64,000 nt of DNA, from the NCBI RefSeq assembly GCF_009914755.1, contig NC_060937.1; one strand, written 5' to 3'. The notes under the pieces are model-generated. The model searched no databases. It was not told the origin of the DNA and worked only from the letters and a program-made list of their open reading frames with translations. The position numbers were made by a program, and so were the translations under genes. Source of the stretch: the human T2T-CHM13v2.0 reference genome, Homo sapiens. Positions 1 to 13,603 of this stretch are shown piece after piece (the stretch's first letter is position 1; the number at the start of each line of letters is the position of its first letter).

Positions 1-269
1 ATAAATATCAAAATTCAAAAGGAATCCCGCCACTCCCCATACACACACTCACACACACACTTGCAAACACATAATAGAATCCTCTGAACTTGGGCTACAG
101 CACTCTAAGGCATATAAGATTCTTTTTCTTGCAGTTAGTTCACACAGTTTTAGTAGTGTATCATTCTGTGAGGCTATTTCTACCTTATACTGATGATTGT
201 GGAAACACCAGAGGATTCTTCTTTAACGGTAGATAAGCAATACCTGCAACAATAACAGTTCAATTTATC

Positions 270-440
270 AACCTCGTAAACAGCTCTTACATTTATCTTC
301 ATATTGGCTACCACTGCCTGAGCACAATCTTCTATTTCTCACCTGGAAAACTATAATATCTTTCTAACAGGGACACATATTCCACCATTACTTCCTTATC
401 ATCCTTTATAGTACTGCTGCAAATATTCTATTTGTTTTAA
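270..440 (+). mobile_element. L2 LINE fragment (ancient)
   Basis: ccactgcctgagcacaatcttctatttctcacctggaaaactataatatctttctaacagg resembles the L2 3' region consensus; very diverged. Confidence 0.45.
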
Positions 441-549
441 AACTTGCATCTGTTTATAAAAGTATAGTTGTTTTTAGTAAAATATGTGGTTTTCAAATTC
501 AGACTTGATACTATCTGCAAATAATGAAAGATATTTAAACTTTTCAAGA

Positions 550-685
550 CACTACATTCTCATTAATAAGTGGAGATTAATAATAACTACTTCTTAAAAT
601 TTTTGTGAATATTATATATGGCATGCATGTAAAGTGCTCTCATATTGCAGAGAACCTAGAAAACTCTCAATGAATTTAGTTACTG
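550..685 (+). mobile_element. MIR SINE fragment (3' half)
   Basis: ctcatt..aagtggagattaataataactac...gtgaatatta...catgtaaagtgct...ctcaatgaat matches the MIR core and 3' end. Confidence 0.55.
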
Positions 686-1376
686 CCCTTGGTAAATAAT
701 TTAGAAACCTAAGAAAAATAATAATTAAAGGAGTAAAAATTATATACCAATTCATTCATGCTTTATATAGCATTTTCAAGTTTTTAGTTCTGCTTAATTA
801 CTGTAAATGATACATTGATCATAGTTAAGACTTGGACAACAAACTGGATTTATATAGTCTTACTTAAAGTAACATTTTCTATAGGGTAAATTTCTGGACC
901 AATTTTGACCCGGTCATCTCTCTGTAACCACACTGTTTAAGTAGTGGTGGTTTGAAATTAAATATAGCATCTTATATGCCTCTCTTCTTTCTCCCATTGT
1001 TTTCTGGTTATTGTTTCACATAGTCCTCTTCGGATGAACTTCAAGAGAGTTGACATACATATAATATTGACATTATTACTCTGGAAACAAGTGCATGTTT
1101 TATTTCATTTGAGACCCTTTTGTTAGTTACCGGTAAATTTTTACCTTCTGTTATATGAGTCTTGAATGACTTTCTTTAGGCCTAGCTTTTATAGATGGTA
1201 TTGCTATTATAAAACAAATGCTTTGCCATTAAGCATTCTAAATTGCTAATGATGTTGTATGTATAGGAAATGCAAAGCTTTTTTAGGGTCTCCAACTGGG
1301 ACTAGGAATTAGCACAACATAAGACAGATTAACAAGAAAAAAAGCATAATTTTTTTATTTAATTTTTTTACATGTA

Positions 1377-1690
1377 CCATCTCTTTATATACACAGGTGG
1401 ATTGGTTCCACAATTACCTACACACACGAAAATCCCAGAATGCTCAAGTTCTTTGTATAAAATGGTATAGTATTTGCATGTAGCCTATGCACACTCCCCC
1501 CATATACTTTAAATTACCTATATTTTACTTATAATGCCTAATACAATGTAAAGGCTGTGGAATAGTTGTAATACTATTGCATTTAAAATTCATTTTATTT
1601 TTAATTGTTGTAGCATTATTTTTGTTTCTGTTCTAAAATATTTTCAATCCACAGTTGAATACAGAACCTGCAGCTACAGAGGGCTGATTG
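1377..1690 (+). mobile_element. MER2 (TcMar-Tigger) non-autonomous DNA transposon
   Basis: ggattggttcca...atgctcaagttctttgtataaaatggtatagtatttgcatgtagcctatgcac...gagggctgattg; flanked by TA on both sides. Confidence 0.85.
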
Positions 1691-1812
1691 TACATGAGAA
1701 ACTTCAGAGGAAAATGAAGACACAGAAAGTAGTTGGTTCTAAGTGCTTACACACTAGGTTGAACAAACAGTAGTAACTGTGGGATAGTAAAAGATTAAAG
1801 GAAGATACCGGA

Positions 1813-2146
<334 letters not shown>

Positions 2147-3375
2147 TTATTTTATCTGTATCTTATCTTTTTTATATCTTATGTATTTTATCTGTATCTT
2201 ATTTTAACAGTCTGTTTGTACAGATTTTGGCCTTAACTGCTTGCCTCTGGTGATGAGAATATTCTTTTCTTTCTGGTGTAGGCAGCGCATGTTTCACATG
2301 GCAGTTTTATCTCCTGTTTAGGGAAAGAAAACAGAGGGTCAGAGTGCCCCTCTTGCATCTGCTGTTTTACAAGTGTCTTTAGCTCAAAGTAGTCAATATG
2401 CCAAACTGGCATGTTTTGGAGTAACATGCTGTGAACCACCTTATGTGGAATAGACACAATTTGAGTGTTGATGCTCTTTTAGTAAGTTTTTCAGGTGATT
2501 CTGTTAAATATTTTGGTAGATAATCATATCTAGAAATGTTGCTAATGTTGCTTCTTTAATTTGTATCATTTCTAATTGTGACAAAATGATGTAGGTATTA
2601 ACAATTTAGAACAAGCGAAGTCTAAAAATTATATCAATTCTGCCCTTGCATGTAAATGTTAAATTGTTTGGGTAATGAAATCCAGGCTCAAACTAAACTT
2701 TCCTTGCAAGTTTGAAGTTGTTGATCTACTGTCTTTTGAAAAACCCATGAAGATATCAAAGTTATTCATGTACAAGTAATCTACTTAAGATCTTTTTGAA
2801 AGATTGTTCTAAATAATTCATATATTATTGTATTTCTTCTATTATATCTGTTGTTTCTTCATCTCCAAATTACTCTGCAAGTCCTATTAGTTGTACCTTA
2901 AAGTTTCTGAGCCTGCCTTATTAAATTTTCTTTTACATTTCATATGCTTTTGCCAATTTGCAGCTCTTTCTAAGAGAATTCCACAATTCCATATTCCACA
3001 TGACTAATAAGTTGTATCCATTTTGTTCTTTGACAAACTAACTAGTTTATTTATGTGTGAGATTAAAACTACATGAAGTTTCTGGAATTATAACGGTTCC
3101 CAGAATTACACATTTTGTGATAAAATTAGTGGTTCTAAAGCTATATGGATAGTTAAGTAAGAATTCCCTTCATTTTCTTGAAAATAATAATAGAGCCCAT
3201 GATTTTCCCAGCCAACTGGCCCTCGGGATTTTCTTTTGGAAATGGACCTGTTTACTGAAAATTAATTAGAAATGACCCACCTGACTTTGACTAAGAAATT
3301 TGCTGAATTTGGCATCTAGAATAGTATTTTGTTTGTCTTAAATAATATTTTACACAAGGCGAGATTAGAAATCAT

Positions 3376-3404
3376 ACACACACACACACACACGCACACA
3401 CACA
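3376..3404. repeat. (CA)n microsatellite
   Basis: acacacacacacacacacgcacacacaca. Confidence 0.9.
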
Positions 3405-3689
3405 AAAAGAATTGATACTCTTTGATAACTTTTTGTCATCTGCTAACAAATGCTTGTATCCATGACAGAATCCTGCCTGAGAATTTTGTTCTTTGTAATA
3501 TACTACCTGGAGGGAACACTGTAGTGAATGCAGCCTCACATCCTTCACCTACCTTTATTAGAAGGTTACACCACACAGCAAGAAGAATCTAATGATTTTG
3601 AATTACCGAAATTGTCTTTGCTGTTTCATAACAGCGTATAACATTAATTGTCCAAAACCCCACTTTTTTTTAAAGATGCTACTTTGCTT

Positions 3690-4520
3690 TCAAATTTCCC
3701 TACATCAGTAAATGGAAGCTTTATTCCTTCATCTGCAAGCTTCAGCACCACTGCCACCTAAGCTATCATTTCTCATCTGAAATGTTTCGGCAACTTTTAA
3801 ATGTTCTCTTTTCTTTATTCCTTTCTCACCTATTGTCAACTCTCCATATTGCAAGCAAAGTGATTAAAATGTAAAGTAAACAATGGTACTTCTAAAGTAC
3901 CATAAAGTAAAGTAAACTGTGGTATTTCTCTGTATCAAATTCATTAGCAGAACTTCCCAATTCATTAAGGATTTTATTCATCATTTTTATGACCTTTGAG
4001 GCCCTAAATGTAATGTTCACCATCACCATCATCCACAAACACACACAGCTACAGAAAAGAGTTAAGGCTGCTGTTACCTGGATCTCATCATGGTTCTTCC
4101 CCCACTCACACTCGCACACACGCACCCATTACTTCTCTTACTTTCATCTTCTACTAATATTCTACGATTTTCTATTATTCTACTATTCTAATATTCTACT
4201 ACTATTCTACTATTGTCTTTCTGTACCCCATGTCCTAGCTTACCTGTCATTGGAGATATTCTTAAAACATACCAATTATACTTTTGCCACAGGTACTTTG
4301 CACATCCTAGTCCCTCTGACTAGAATGATATTTACCACATATCTTCATTTTAGATCCACTTATTTCCTTTACATTTCTGTTCAAATGTCTATATATAAGA
4401 CAGGTCTTTAGGTTCATTATGTATAAAATAGTCATCAAACACTCCATCTATTTCCTCTTTATTTTCCTTGTAACTTTCTTCTATGAGAAAATGAAAAAAT
4501 AATCGCTGATGAATGAACAA
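3690..4520 (+). mobile_element. L2 LINE 3' region fragments
   Basis: caccactgccacctaagctatcatttctcatctg; gccacaggtactttgcacatcctagtccctctgactagaatg; tcaaatgtc; ends in tgaatgaa. Confidence 0.6.
4150..4214. repeat. degenerate (CTATT/CTA)n low-complexity tandem repeat
   Basis: tctactaatattctacgatttctattattctactattctaatattctactactattctactatt. Confidence 0.75.
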
Positions 4521-4671
4521 ATTTAGTTACGTGCAAACTGAAGAAATAATTATAAAATTTCACTGGCTTTTCAAAAAATAAAAAAAAAATCCCTTTCCAA
4601 ACATTACACTCAACGTAGAGAGTTAGGTGGATGGTGAAATGGAAAGTTAACTGTATTTGGCTGTATGCGGT

Positions 4672-4980
4672 ACAGTGACCTTGCTTCCAATCATCTCATC
4701 ACGTATCCTGCAGACAAAATTCAGGGGATCAATGAAGTTGCACAAGAAAAAATTGATTACATTTTTATTTTCAATATCCTCTTACTGAAACATAATATTT
4801 CCTTCAATTATCAACATAGGCAAAAGAGTAGAATAATATAGTGGTACCTGTTACACTGTCACCAATAGAAATTATTATTATTTGTTATCACATTGTGGTC
4901 ATTGCATTATACTTACCAAGTTACTTCATGTTCCTCACTACTTAGAAATGATGGTACTTGTAAAACTGCGAATCACACAT
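4672..4980. mobile_element. old hAT-Charlie-like DNA transposon fragment
   Basis: ctgtcaccaatagaaat...atcacattgtggtcattgca...ctcactacttagaaatgatggta resembles recalled hAT-Charlie MER internal sequence; subfamily not assigned. Confidence 0.4.
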
Positions 4981-5469
4981 GATTACAATAAAATCCATCG
5001 GGGTCCTCTACTTTTGCAAAAAATGGGTGTTGGGAGTGAACTTCTGTTGCTTTCTTTTAATTTGAACCACTCTAATATCAAAGGGGAATTTCTCAAATTC
5101 CCTGGCATATGCCCAAGATCTGTCCCTATTACCACTCTTGATTCAGGCATAAACCCAATTCAATATTCTCTTCATCATTCTAAATAGGAATCTTGGCAGT
5201 GTGTGAATTTATTGAGTATGAAGTCAAGATTGACACACCAGTGCTTGTGAAACATATCATCTTATCCAGAAACAATAAAATAATTTTTCTAGCTCACACA
5301 TTTGATCAACACTCTTATGAACCCATCTAGAATGGTCCCCTTCAGCATAAAGTACAAATGCCTCAGTTTCGTATACAGAAAACTTCTTTCACTCTCCTAT
5401 CCGTATACAGCCTCACCTTTATTTTTCCTACATAAACCTATCTTGTGGTAGAAATAATAATAATAACAG

Positions 5470-5700
5470 AAATAGTAATTAGCCTTTATTAAGCATTTAG
5501 TGCATGCCATATATCAAGCTTGGTGCTTTATATGTTACCTCATCTCCTTCCCACAACATTATCTCTAAATCTCAAGTAAGAAAAATGAAGTTTATGAGGT
5601 TAAGTATATCACTCAATGTCACACGAATAAGAGTTGTAAAATCTGGAACTTGAATCTATCACTGGTTAACCTCAGAGCCAAAGATCTTTACCACTGTACA
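5470..5700 (-). mobile_element. MIR SINE
   Basis: tttattaagcatttag...gtgctttatatg...gaaaaatgaagtttatgaggttaagta...ctcaatgtcacac...ggaacttgaatc...ctcagagccaaagatctttaccactg. Confidence 0.75.
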
Positions 5701-7384
5701 TTACAGTAACACACCATGGGTGACTTATGCTTTTCTGAATATCCTAACATAACGCTTGCTATATAGTACTAATTGAGTTATAAGCCTGTGTTGGGAAATA
5801 CAGAGAGGTGCTTATTTATTTAATTCCATCATGACGTATTGGTTTTTTATGCTGCAATTGTAACATCTTAAAATCCTAAAAAAAGAAAATTTTAATAATT
5901 ATGATTACAATAAAACTCATTTTATTAAGATTATAGCTTTTTTAGGAAGTAAAAGAAGAGACAGAAGCTCTGATTCTTAAAGTAAAGCTATCCTAAATGT
6001 TTAGGTACATTTTCAGCTGCATGTGTTGAAACTTGCATTTTAAATTAGAACAAAGGTAAAAAATCAAGCTATAACAACAAAATTGTTTTGTCCCCAAAGA
6101 TCACCTCTGTCTGAAGGTTTTTCTACAGCTATTTCTTTTTTTAAGCAGATGTCTAGCTTTGCTACCACTGCTTCTCAGGGGAAGTGAGGTGCAACATCCT
6201 GATAAATTTAACATTTCTTATACTGAGAATGTCTCCCAGGAGACACAACCACTTACAGCACTGGATACAGAATCTTCGTAAACATCTTGTGAAAGAAACT
6301 CTAATAGGAAACCAAAGTATCAGCATAAGCTACTGCCCTCTCCCCTGAAGCCAGTATTTGACTTCTAGCTCTTCATCTTCTTAAAGTTTCAGAGGATTTT
6401 CCTGTGTGTATAGATCAGTTTGCTAATGTTAAATGAGATATTCACGATAAAACATTTAGTGATAGATCTTATTTACTTTCTTTTTAAACTTAATAAACCA
6501 TTTGTTTTTATCTGTACTATTAACACAACCTGTGAAGTATTTTAAAATGCAAGTACCCCCCTATACCCTAAATCTTCTGAATCAAGAGCCTTTCCAGATA
6601 GGAATTTTTAGAAACTTTTTGTAATAAATAATAAAATTATTTATTAAATTCTAGGGCTGCAATTATCTTAATTTTGCTGTGTAATAATTTAAAAGAAAAA
6701 AGATCAAAGCAGAATATGGAGATGCTGCTTAAAGTAGGATGCAGAATCTGTCATAACTCCAAAATGTGGAATTTCTGTTTTGAATCAGTATAGTTCAAAA
6801 TGGCAATCCATATACATAGTCAGAAACATGAATTGATTACAAACTCAATATATCTTCATCTTTCAATGGATAACTGAGAACAATCAAGTTCAGAGGCAAT
6901 AAATATGAAGTCAGAATATCGATCTCTCTAAGTACAATAAGAGATAAACCTGTCAACTTGGTATTTTGTCATATCAATAACAGGAAATGTATAATGCAAA
7001 TTCAGCTATAATTAGAACAATGGCTTATTAATTTTAAAAATAACACTGCCCAAAAGCCTACACTTGTATACCATCTGGTTGATACAATCTCTCTCTGTGT
7101 GCATGCTGCATGGGAAGTCGAATGTTCATTGGAGCTATTTCAATATGCTCTGAGAACTAGCAGTGTAAGTCATGGTGCGCTGTTTTATGAAATCTGGCCC
7201 AGGCAGCCTCACACATCTATCTCCACATTATCCACACATCTGCCTTTGCAGCATAAAAGTCTTTGTTCTTAGGCAAGGCACATTCTCTCCTTTGAATGTC
7301 TGCATAGACACACTTGATATTTCCCTGTGTTGTTCCAATTTCCCTTTCCATGGGAAGAGAAACCTCTTCTCTAAATGAGATGGT

Positions 7385-7915
7385 TTTATTTATTTTTTAA
7401 ATAATACATAATGTTTGTATATATTTATGCGGTGCATATGATATTTCATTACATGCATAAAATGTGTAATCATCAAGACAGGGTATTTATGGTATCCATC
7501 AAGTATTTACCATTCCTATGCATTGGGAACATTCCAAGTCCTCTTTTCTAGCTATTTTGAAATATACATTGTTATTAACAACGGTCACCCTACTCTGCTA
7601 TCGAACATTAGAACTTATTCCTTCTATCTGAGTGTTTGTTCCCACTAACCAACTTCTCTTTGTTCCAGAGTCTCATCCACAAGCCTTTGACAGCCTCTGA
7701 TATTCCGGCCCTTGATATCATTTGATTATCTCCATGATATTAACATTTTTAGCTCTCTCATATGAATGAGAATATAAGGTATTTGTGCCTGGTTTATTTC
7801 ACTTAACATAATAAGCTCTAGCTTCATCAATGTTGCTACAAATGACATAAGTGTATTCTTTTTTTTCTGTCCCAATAGCATTCCACTGTGTATACATACC
7901 ACATTTTCTTTATCC
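7385..7915 (-). mobile_element. L1MA-type LINE-1 3' end
   Basis: T-rich tail then tgtatatatttatg..gtgcatatgatattt...gctattttgaaatatac...gtcaccctactctgctatcgaacattagaacttattcc...tttcacttaacataat. Confidence 0.85.
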
Positions 7916-8031
7916 TGAATGAGATTGTATTTAAGTTATTTTAATACATCTATATTTGGTTATAGTCAACTTTTCTAATCCTGTAAATTTCAAGACTTAC
8001 AGTGGCTTGACATGTTACCACTTTGATCCAA

Positions 8032-8043
8032 TGTGTGTGTGTG

Positions 8044-8076
<33 letters not shown>
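8032..8076. repeat. (TG)n microsatellite at an Alu tail
   Basis: about 22 TG units with one ca interruption. Confidence 0.95.
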
Positions 8077-8077
<1 letters not shown>

Positions 8078-8078
<1 letters not shown>

Positions 8079-8323
8079 TTTTCGAAATGTAGTCTCGCTC
8101 TGTCGCCCACACTGGAGTGCAGTAGCACATTCGGTTCGCTGCAACCTCTGCCTCCCGGGTTCAAGCGATTCTCCTGCCTCAGCCTCCTGCGTAGCTGGGA
8201 CTACACATGCACGTCACAACGCCTGGCTAATATTATGTATTATTAGTAGAGATGGATTTCACCATGTTGGCCAGGATGGTCTCAATCTCCTGACCTCGTG
8301 ATCCACCAGCCTTGGCCTCCCAA
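8078..8323 (-). mobile_element. AluS, 5'-truncated
   Basis: agtctcgctctgtcgccca..ctggagtgcagt...ctcctgacctcgtgatccacc.gccttggcctcccaa. Confidence 0.92.
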
Positions 8324-9035
8324 CAATATGTGTATATTTTAATGTTAAACTCTACTTTGGAAATCATATTTCTGTTATTATTGAGTTCTTAAGAGCATAG
8401 GTGGGGCAATGTAAAATTTCCTCCATTTGTTTGTTGAAACTTTATCTTGGGGTCAGGCACATACTTTACTAAAAATGAATGTTTCAGGAAGACATCTGAT
8501 AAAGCACTGTAACTGTTTTTATCCTATTCAACTCCAACATGAGTTCCATGAAAAACTTACTTTTATTTAGGTGTCAAGGAAGAAAAAGAGGAACAACAAT
8601 AATAATATATATACTTCATCCAAAGGAATTATAATACAAAACAGTATTTTTATCTGTTATGTGGTGCTCAAAGATAATTTATTTTCTGGAAATATAAAAA
8701 AGGAATAGATTCTCATAGTCAACCATTTTGTAAGTCCCATTTCTAAACTAATTAATTCCTTATGTGCTATGGAATTGAGACAATAGTCTACAGATAATCC
8801 CAATATTTCAGAGACATCCGTATAATAGTATATAAAAATATACACAAATAATAATTAAATTTTAATGTTGCATTAATCAATCAGCAATGCACAAATATAT
8901 ATGGTACCATCTGAAGGTAATTGAAAGATCTTTTGACATTAAATTTCAAATACACAAACAAATGTTGAGAAAGGTTGGATCCATGCCGTATGCAATATAT
9001 ATAGATGGTTCACTCATAATTTAATGTATGATGAT

Positions 9036-9481
9036 GTATAAGTTAGCTTTTGCTATTTAACAAATTCCTCCAGTTCTGTTGGCTTAAGAAAGCAATCATA
9101 ATATTTAGCTCAGCATTCTGATCTTCCTAGACTCTTTCATTTCATCAAGGATGGCTTCACTCAGACATCTAGTGATTAAAAACTGTCAGATTAGTAGCAT
9201 GAATCTTTTCCATTTCAACTCTCATCTTTAGCCTATTTGCCAGTGCTGCTATAGATGGTGGTCTCAGATCCAAGCTCAATGTTAGAGGGAAAGCACCAAT
9301 GAGCAAGCCATTTTTCAGTATCTGCTTGTGTTTCATATGCTGATGTTCCATCAGCCACATCCAATTCAAGTGGGGAAGCACTGTATTGTACCTCTTGAGG
9401 AAATGAGCTGCAAAGTCACAATACAAAGGAAGATGTGCACAAAGATGGAATGAATTTGTAGCCATTATACAATCTACCACA
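9036..9481 (-). mobile_element. MLT1 (ERVL-MaLR) solo LTR, old subfamily
   Basis: gttagcttttgct...tggcttaagaaagcaatca...gagctgcaaagtcaca...gccattatacaatctaccaca terminus. Confidence 0.7.
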
Positions 9482-10692
9482 GGTCGTATATTTTATTTGT
9501 CATAAAAAGTTATCAAGAGTACTTTTATCTAAGACAGTGATTCCCAAGGCCTAGACACAATATAAGCAACTAATATCTTGCCTGATGGTCAGTCTTCATC
9601 AAATAACTGTATAATTCTTTCATAGGGTTTTAGTGCGTTAACTTGAAAAATATTTCTATATTCTGAAAAAAATAATGCTCCTAGAAGGTGCAGCATGGGA
9701 TAAAGGCTGTATAATTGTTGCCATGGCTGTATTTTTGTTCTTTATATATTTTTCTCAATGACATGTTCATGATGGCAGAATGATACAATTTTGATCTATA
9801 ATTGCTCCTTATGATCCAATTGCTCTTTAGACACTTTTGAAGTTAGCCTGGAGTAGTTGCAATGGAGGTTCATTCTTGCAAAAAACCCCTATTTGTCTGA
9901 TAACAATTTCCGTCTGTGGTTTCTATTGCTTCACGTTCAATCATCAGAATTGGTAAATAAATTGTCATTATTGACCCTTTTAAAAAGCCGTGCATTGCAT
10001 GGCTGTACATTCATGCCATTTAAACACCCTTAGGAACATAACTACTGCATCCTTTGCAGGAGAAAAAATGGCTATTTTAAATGAAGAGGAAATTAGAGTG
10101 AATGGTTTGTAGCTAGAGAATAAAGGGTTTCAGCAGAATTCCAGTCAAATTTCAAGAGCAAGTATGTCATTGTAATGTTTTAAAATGATGCTTGTTGATA
10201 AAGGTTTGCTTTTCTTAATCCATACTCACTTTAGCAAATGCTTTTTTATAAGCATTTTATCCCTTATTTATTTTTTTCCTTTTTTCTTAGTCTATTAAGC
10301 TGCAGCAGATATCAGATAATTTAATTTCCTGTCCTAACTATGTTAAAGAATGCCAATAACATTAGAAAAAAGGCCTATGATATCTGGCACTTTTGATTTA
10401 TCAAAGTAGAAGCTACGCTATTCCCTGATGTTTGACTTTTTCAGCATTTTGTGATGTGCTATGTGATATGCAAAATGGGATAATGTAAAGAAAGTTAATT
10501 AAAAGAACCTGTAAAGTAAAATATAGTTTATTCATCCAAATTGGGAAAGAAAAGTCATAAGACATTTTCAAAGAACAAAGTAGGTGCCTAAAAATTGCTT
10601 GTTTTTTTAAGTTATCCTAGTAGATATTTAAAGTTGTCAGCCTAGCACTTCCATTGCAAGAGCTTTCTTATCCCAAGCACTTGGTAACTATG

Positions 10693-10930
10693 TAGGGTGA
10701 ACTTATAATTTGTTATTTAAACTAGAAAATTTTGAAAGTGTAAGAAGTGTAAAACTTCTTAAGAAGTGAAGTTCATAATTAATCAACAGATTTTAAAGTG
10801 TAATTATTTATTGAATCAATATAATCTAATTTACCTTTTGTATACATTAATACATGCTATTAATGATTAAATGATAAAATATAGAGAGACTTCAAATATC
10901 TCAGGTAAAACTGAATGTATGATTTGTTTA
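10693..10930. mobile_element. MER81-like (hAT-Blackjack) element split by a ~97-bp insertion
   Basis: tagggtgaacttataatttgttatttaaactagaaaattttgaaagtg...[insert]...gctattaatgatta...caggtaaaactgaatgtatg matches recalled MER81 halves. Confidence 0.55.
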
Positions 10931-11076
10931 TAAATATGAGGGCCTTCATAATTCTACAAGTTTTGGCTCCTGACGCAAGTTAGAGCACAAAGATTTTTCA
11001 TAAATTTTGGGCAGAGAGAGCTAAAGCAATTGCACCCTGGTGGCTGAAGATGTAAAATGAAACCATGTCAATTCTT

Positions 11077-11332
11077 CTTCTTTTTGAGACAGAGTCTTGC
11101 TCTGTCGCCCAGGCTGTGGTGCAGCTCGCTGCAGCCTCTGCCTCCTGGGTTCAAGTGATTCTCCTGCCTCAGCCTCCTGAGTAGCTGGGATTACAGGCGC
11201 ATGCCACCATGCCCGGCTAATTTTTTGTAGTTTTAGTAGAGATGGGTTTCACCGTGTTAGCCAGGAAGGTCTCTATCTCCTGACCTCGTGATCGACCTGC
11301 CTCGGCCTCCCAAAAGGTCACTGCGCCCGGCC
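11077..11332 (-). mobile_element. AluS with internal deletions
   Basis: Alu body; 19-bp TSD tgaaac(c/t)atgtcaattctt at 11058-11076 and 11333-11351. Confidence 0.93.
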
Positions 11333-12607
11333 TGAAACTATGTCAATTCTTTTACATAGAGAAAAACACAAAAGGAAGCAAATGAAAATAAAACTACTCT
11401 AGGGAAGATAAAACAAGCAAATAATAAACACGGCATAAGAGACATCAACAGATTGAGAAAAGAGCTACTTCATGTTGCTCTTAAATTTCAAATGAATAAC
11501 AGCTGTTGGCACGGTTTTGCTTTTTATAAATAATTGTATTTATTTTTTAAATGACAATGATTATATACAATGTGATGTTTCACATAGATACAATAACTGT
11601 AGGTACATTGTAGAAAGATTAAATGAAGGTTTTACTATTTTAAACCTTAATTTAATTCTCGTTTTTTTGTTCTATGATTGTTGAAGATTACTTTGTCATT
11701 TACAAACTAAATGATCCAAATAAAAATTTGATTGAATTATGTATAACCAAGACAACATCTTTTATTGATTTTAAATAGTCACATAAAAAACACCCAAAAT
11801 GAGAATTGGAATCTCCCATAGGCTGAAAAGAAGTCTGAGACCAAGAGGTGCCAGCTAATCTAACACCACACCGTGATTTACTAATAAGTATCAAATTTTT
11901 AAACCTTTCCTTTGTGGCCTCATGCTCCATGAACTTTTACCTATAATAAAGTTATTTTTTCAAATAATATATTTCTATGTACTCTAGGGGATACATAATA
12001 TATCGTGAAAATGTGGGCTTTATTAGGAAATATTGGGCAATTTTACACCCACTGCATAATTTAGCCCAAGGATTGAAAACCAGTGTCATTGATTTTTCAT
12101 TTTTCCCAATGGAAGTAAGGTCAATATTAGAGCACTTTTTAAGAAATAAAGTTCATAATTAATCAACAGATTTTTAAAGTGTAATTATTTATTGAATCAA
12201 TGCAATTTAATTCACCTTTTTTATACATTAAAAGGTAATGGTGTTGAGAGAGTATTTCTGTTCTTTTCTTCTTTATTTTTGAGGAGTATTTATTCTGATC
12301 ATCACTCTGTCAACTCTAACAGGAAAGTATTAAATTGGAAACACCAAACACAAAAATATATTATGTCTTGAAACCCAAAAGGAAAAGCTGAAAAAATCAA
12401 TATTTGAAACCAGATATAAGTAGCCAGAGAAATAGTGATGTGGGGATTAAAGTAGGAGGATTAAGGAAAATATATTCCCCACAGGTTGTGTGCTTTTTGG
12501 CTATTCTTAATAAAAATCCTAAGTTAATACACAGATTAATATACTTAAAGGGGGAAAGACTCAATAAACTTCATAGTCATTCCTTAGCAGTTCTCAGTTT
12601 TTATGTC

Positions 12608-12943
12608 CATTTGACCCTTCCTATCTGTGGGTTCCCCATCTGTGGATGCAATAAACCATAGATAAAAAATAATTGAAAAAATTGTGCCTCTAGTGAATAT
12701 ATGCAGACATTTTTGTGTTTGTCATTATTCTCTAAAAAATATGGTACAGCAACTATTCACATAGCATTTACATTATGTTAGGTATTATAGGTAATCTAGA
12801 GTTGGCAAAGCATATGGGAGGATGTATGGAGGCTATATGCAAATATCCCATTTTACATAAAGGACTTGAGCATCTATGAATTTTGGTATCCGTGAGAGGT
12901 CCCGGAACCAGTCACCTGTGGATACCCAAATGAGGGACGACTG
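12608..12943 (-). mobile_element. MER2 DNA transposon
   Basis: gacccttcctatctgtgggttc...catagcatttacattatgttaggtattataggtaatctagag...ggacttgagcatc...gagggacgactg followed by TA. Confidence 0.88.
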
Positions 12944-13428
12944 TATATTCTTGCAATAGGAAAACATACAAAATTATATCAGATTTTTGATAAAAAATCA
13001 AAATCATTAAGGTAAGTAGAAACATACCTTATGTATCTTAATTTTCAACAATTGCATACAGAAGAATAATAGACCTACAGATTGAATTATTAATTTTTTT
13101 ATGGTTAATAACTTTTATTTATATAACTAAGTCAATATTCATTAAACTACTGGAATTTGAACAGTTGACAGTCTTATAAGCAAGAATTGAAGTTAAAATG
13201 GGAAAACAATCAGTGAAAACAATATGCTTCATTTATATAGTTATTCCTAGACTTCACCAGAACCAAGAAAAATAGATCATGCTTTAAAAAATTCATGAAT
13301 AAACAAGGTTGTAAGTTCTGTGTCAAATTTAAAGTTCTCTGTGATAGTTTATTTATGAAACTTGAGATCAATATATGTTATGTGTTAATGTTAATGGTAA
13401 GTAATGACAAATTATTTTGTAAATAAGT

Positions 13429-13603
13429 CAGTGGTTTTCAGTTTTGATTGTGCATTGTAATTACTTGGGACATTTTTATAATATACCACTGACTAGAACC
13501 CAATTTCAAAGGTGTGTTTTAGTTATCTGACTTGGAACAAAAGTATTGTAAATTTTTAAGCTCTTTGAGGGCTTCTAATTTTCATCCAGGATTAAAGACC
13601 ACC
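13429..13603. mobile_element. MER5-family hAT-Charlie element
   Basis: cagtggttttca...gcattgtaattacttggga...aaatttttaagctc...cttctaat...ccaggattaaagaccacc. Confidence 0.6.

Noticed and set aside
3989-4411. 140-aa hydrophobic ORF
   Set aside because: Runs through an L2 relic and a CTATT low-complexity tract that explains the Leu/Tyr/Phe bias.
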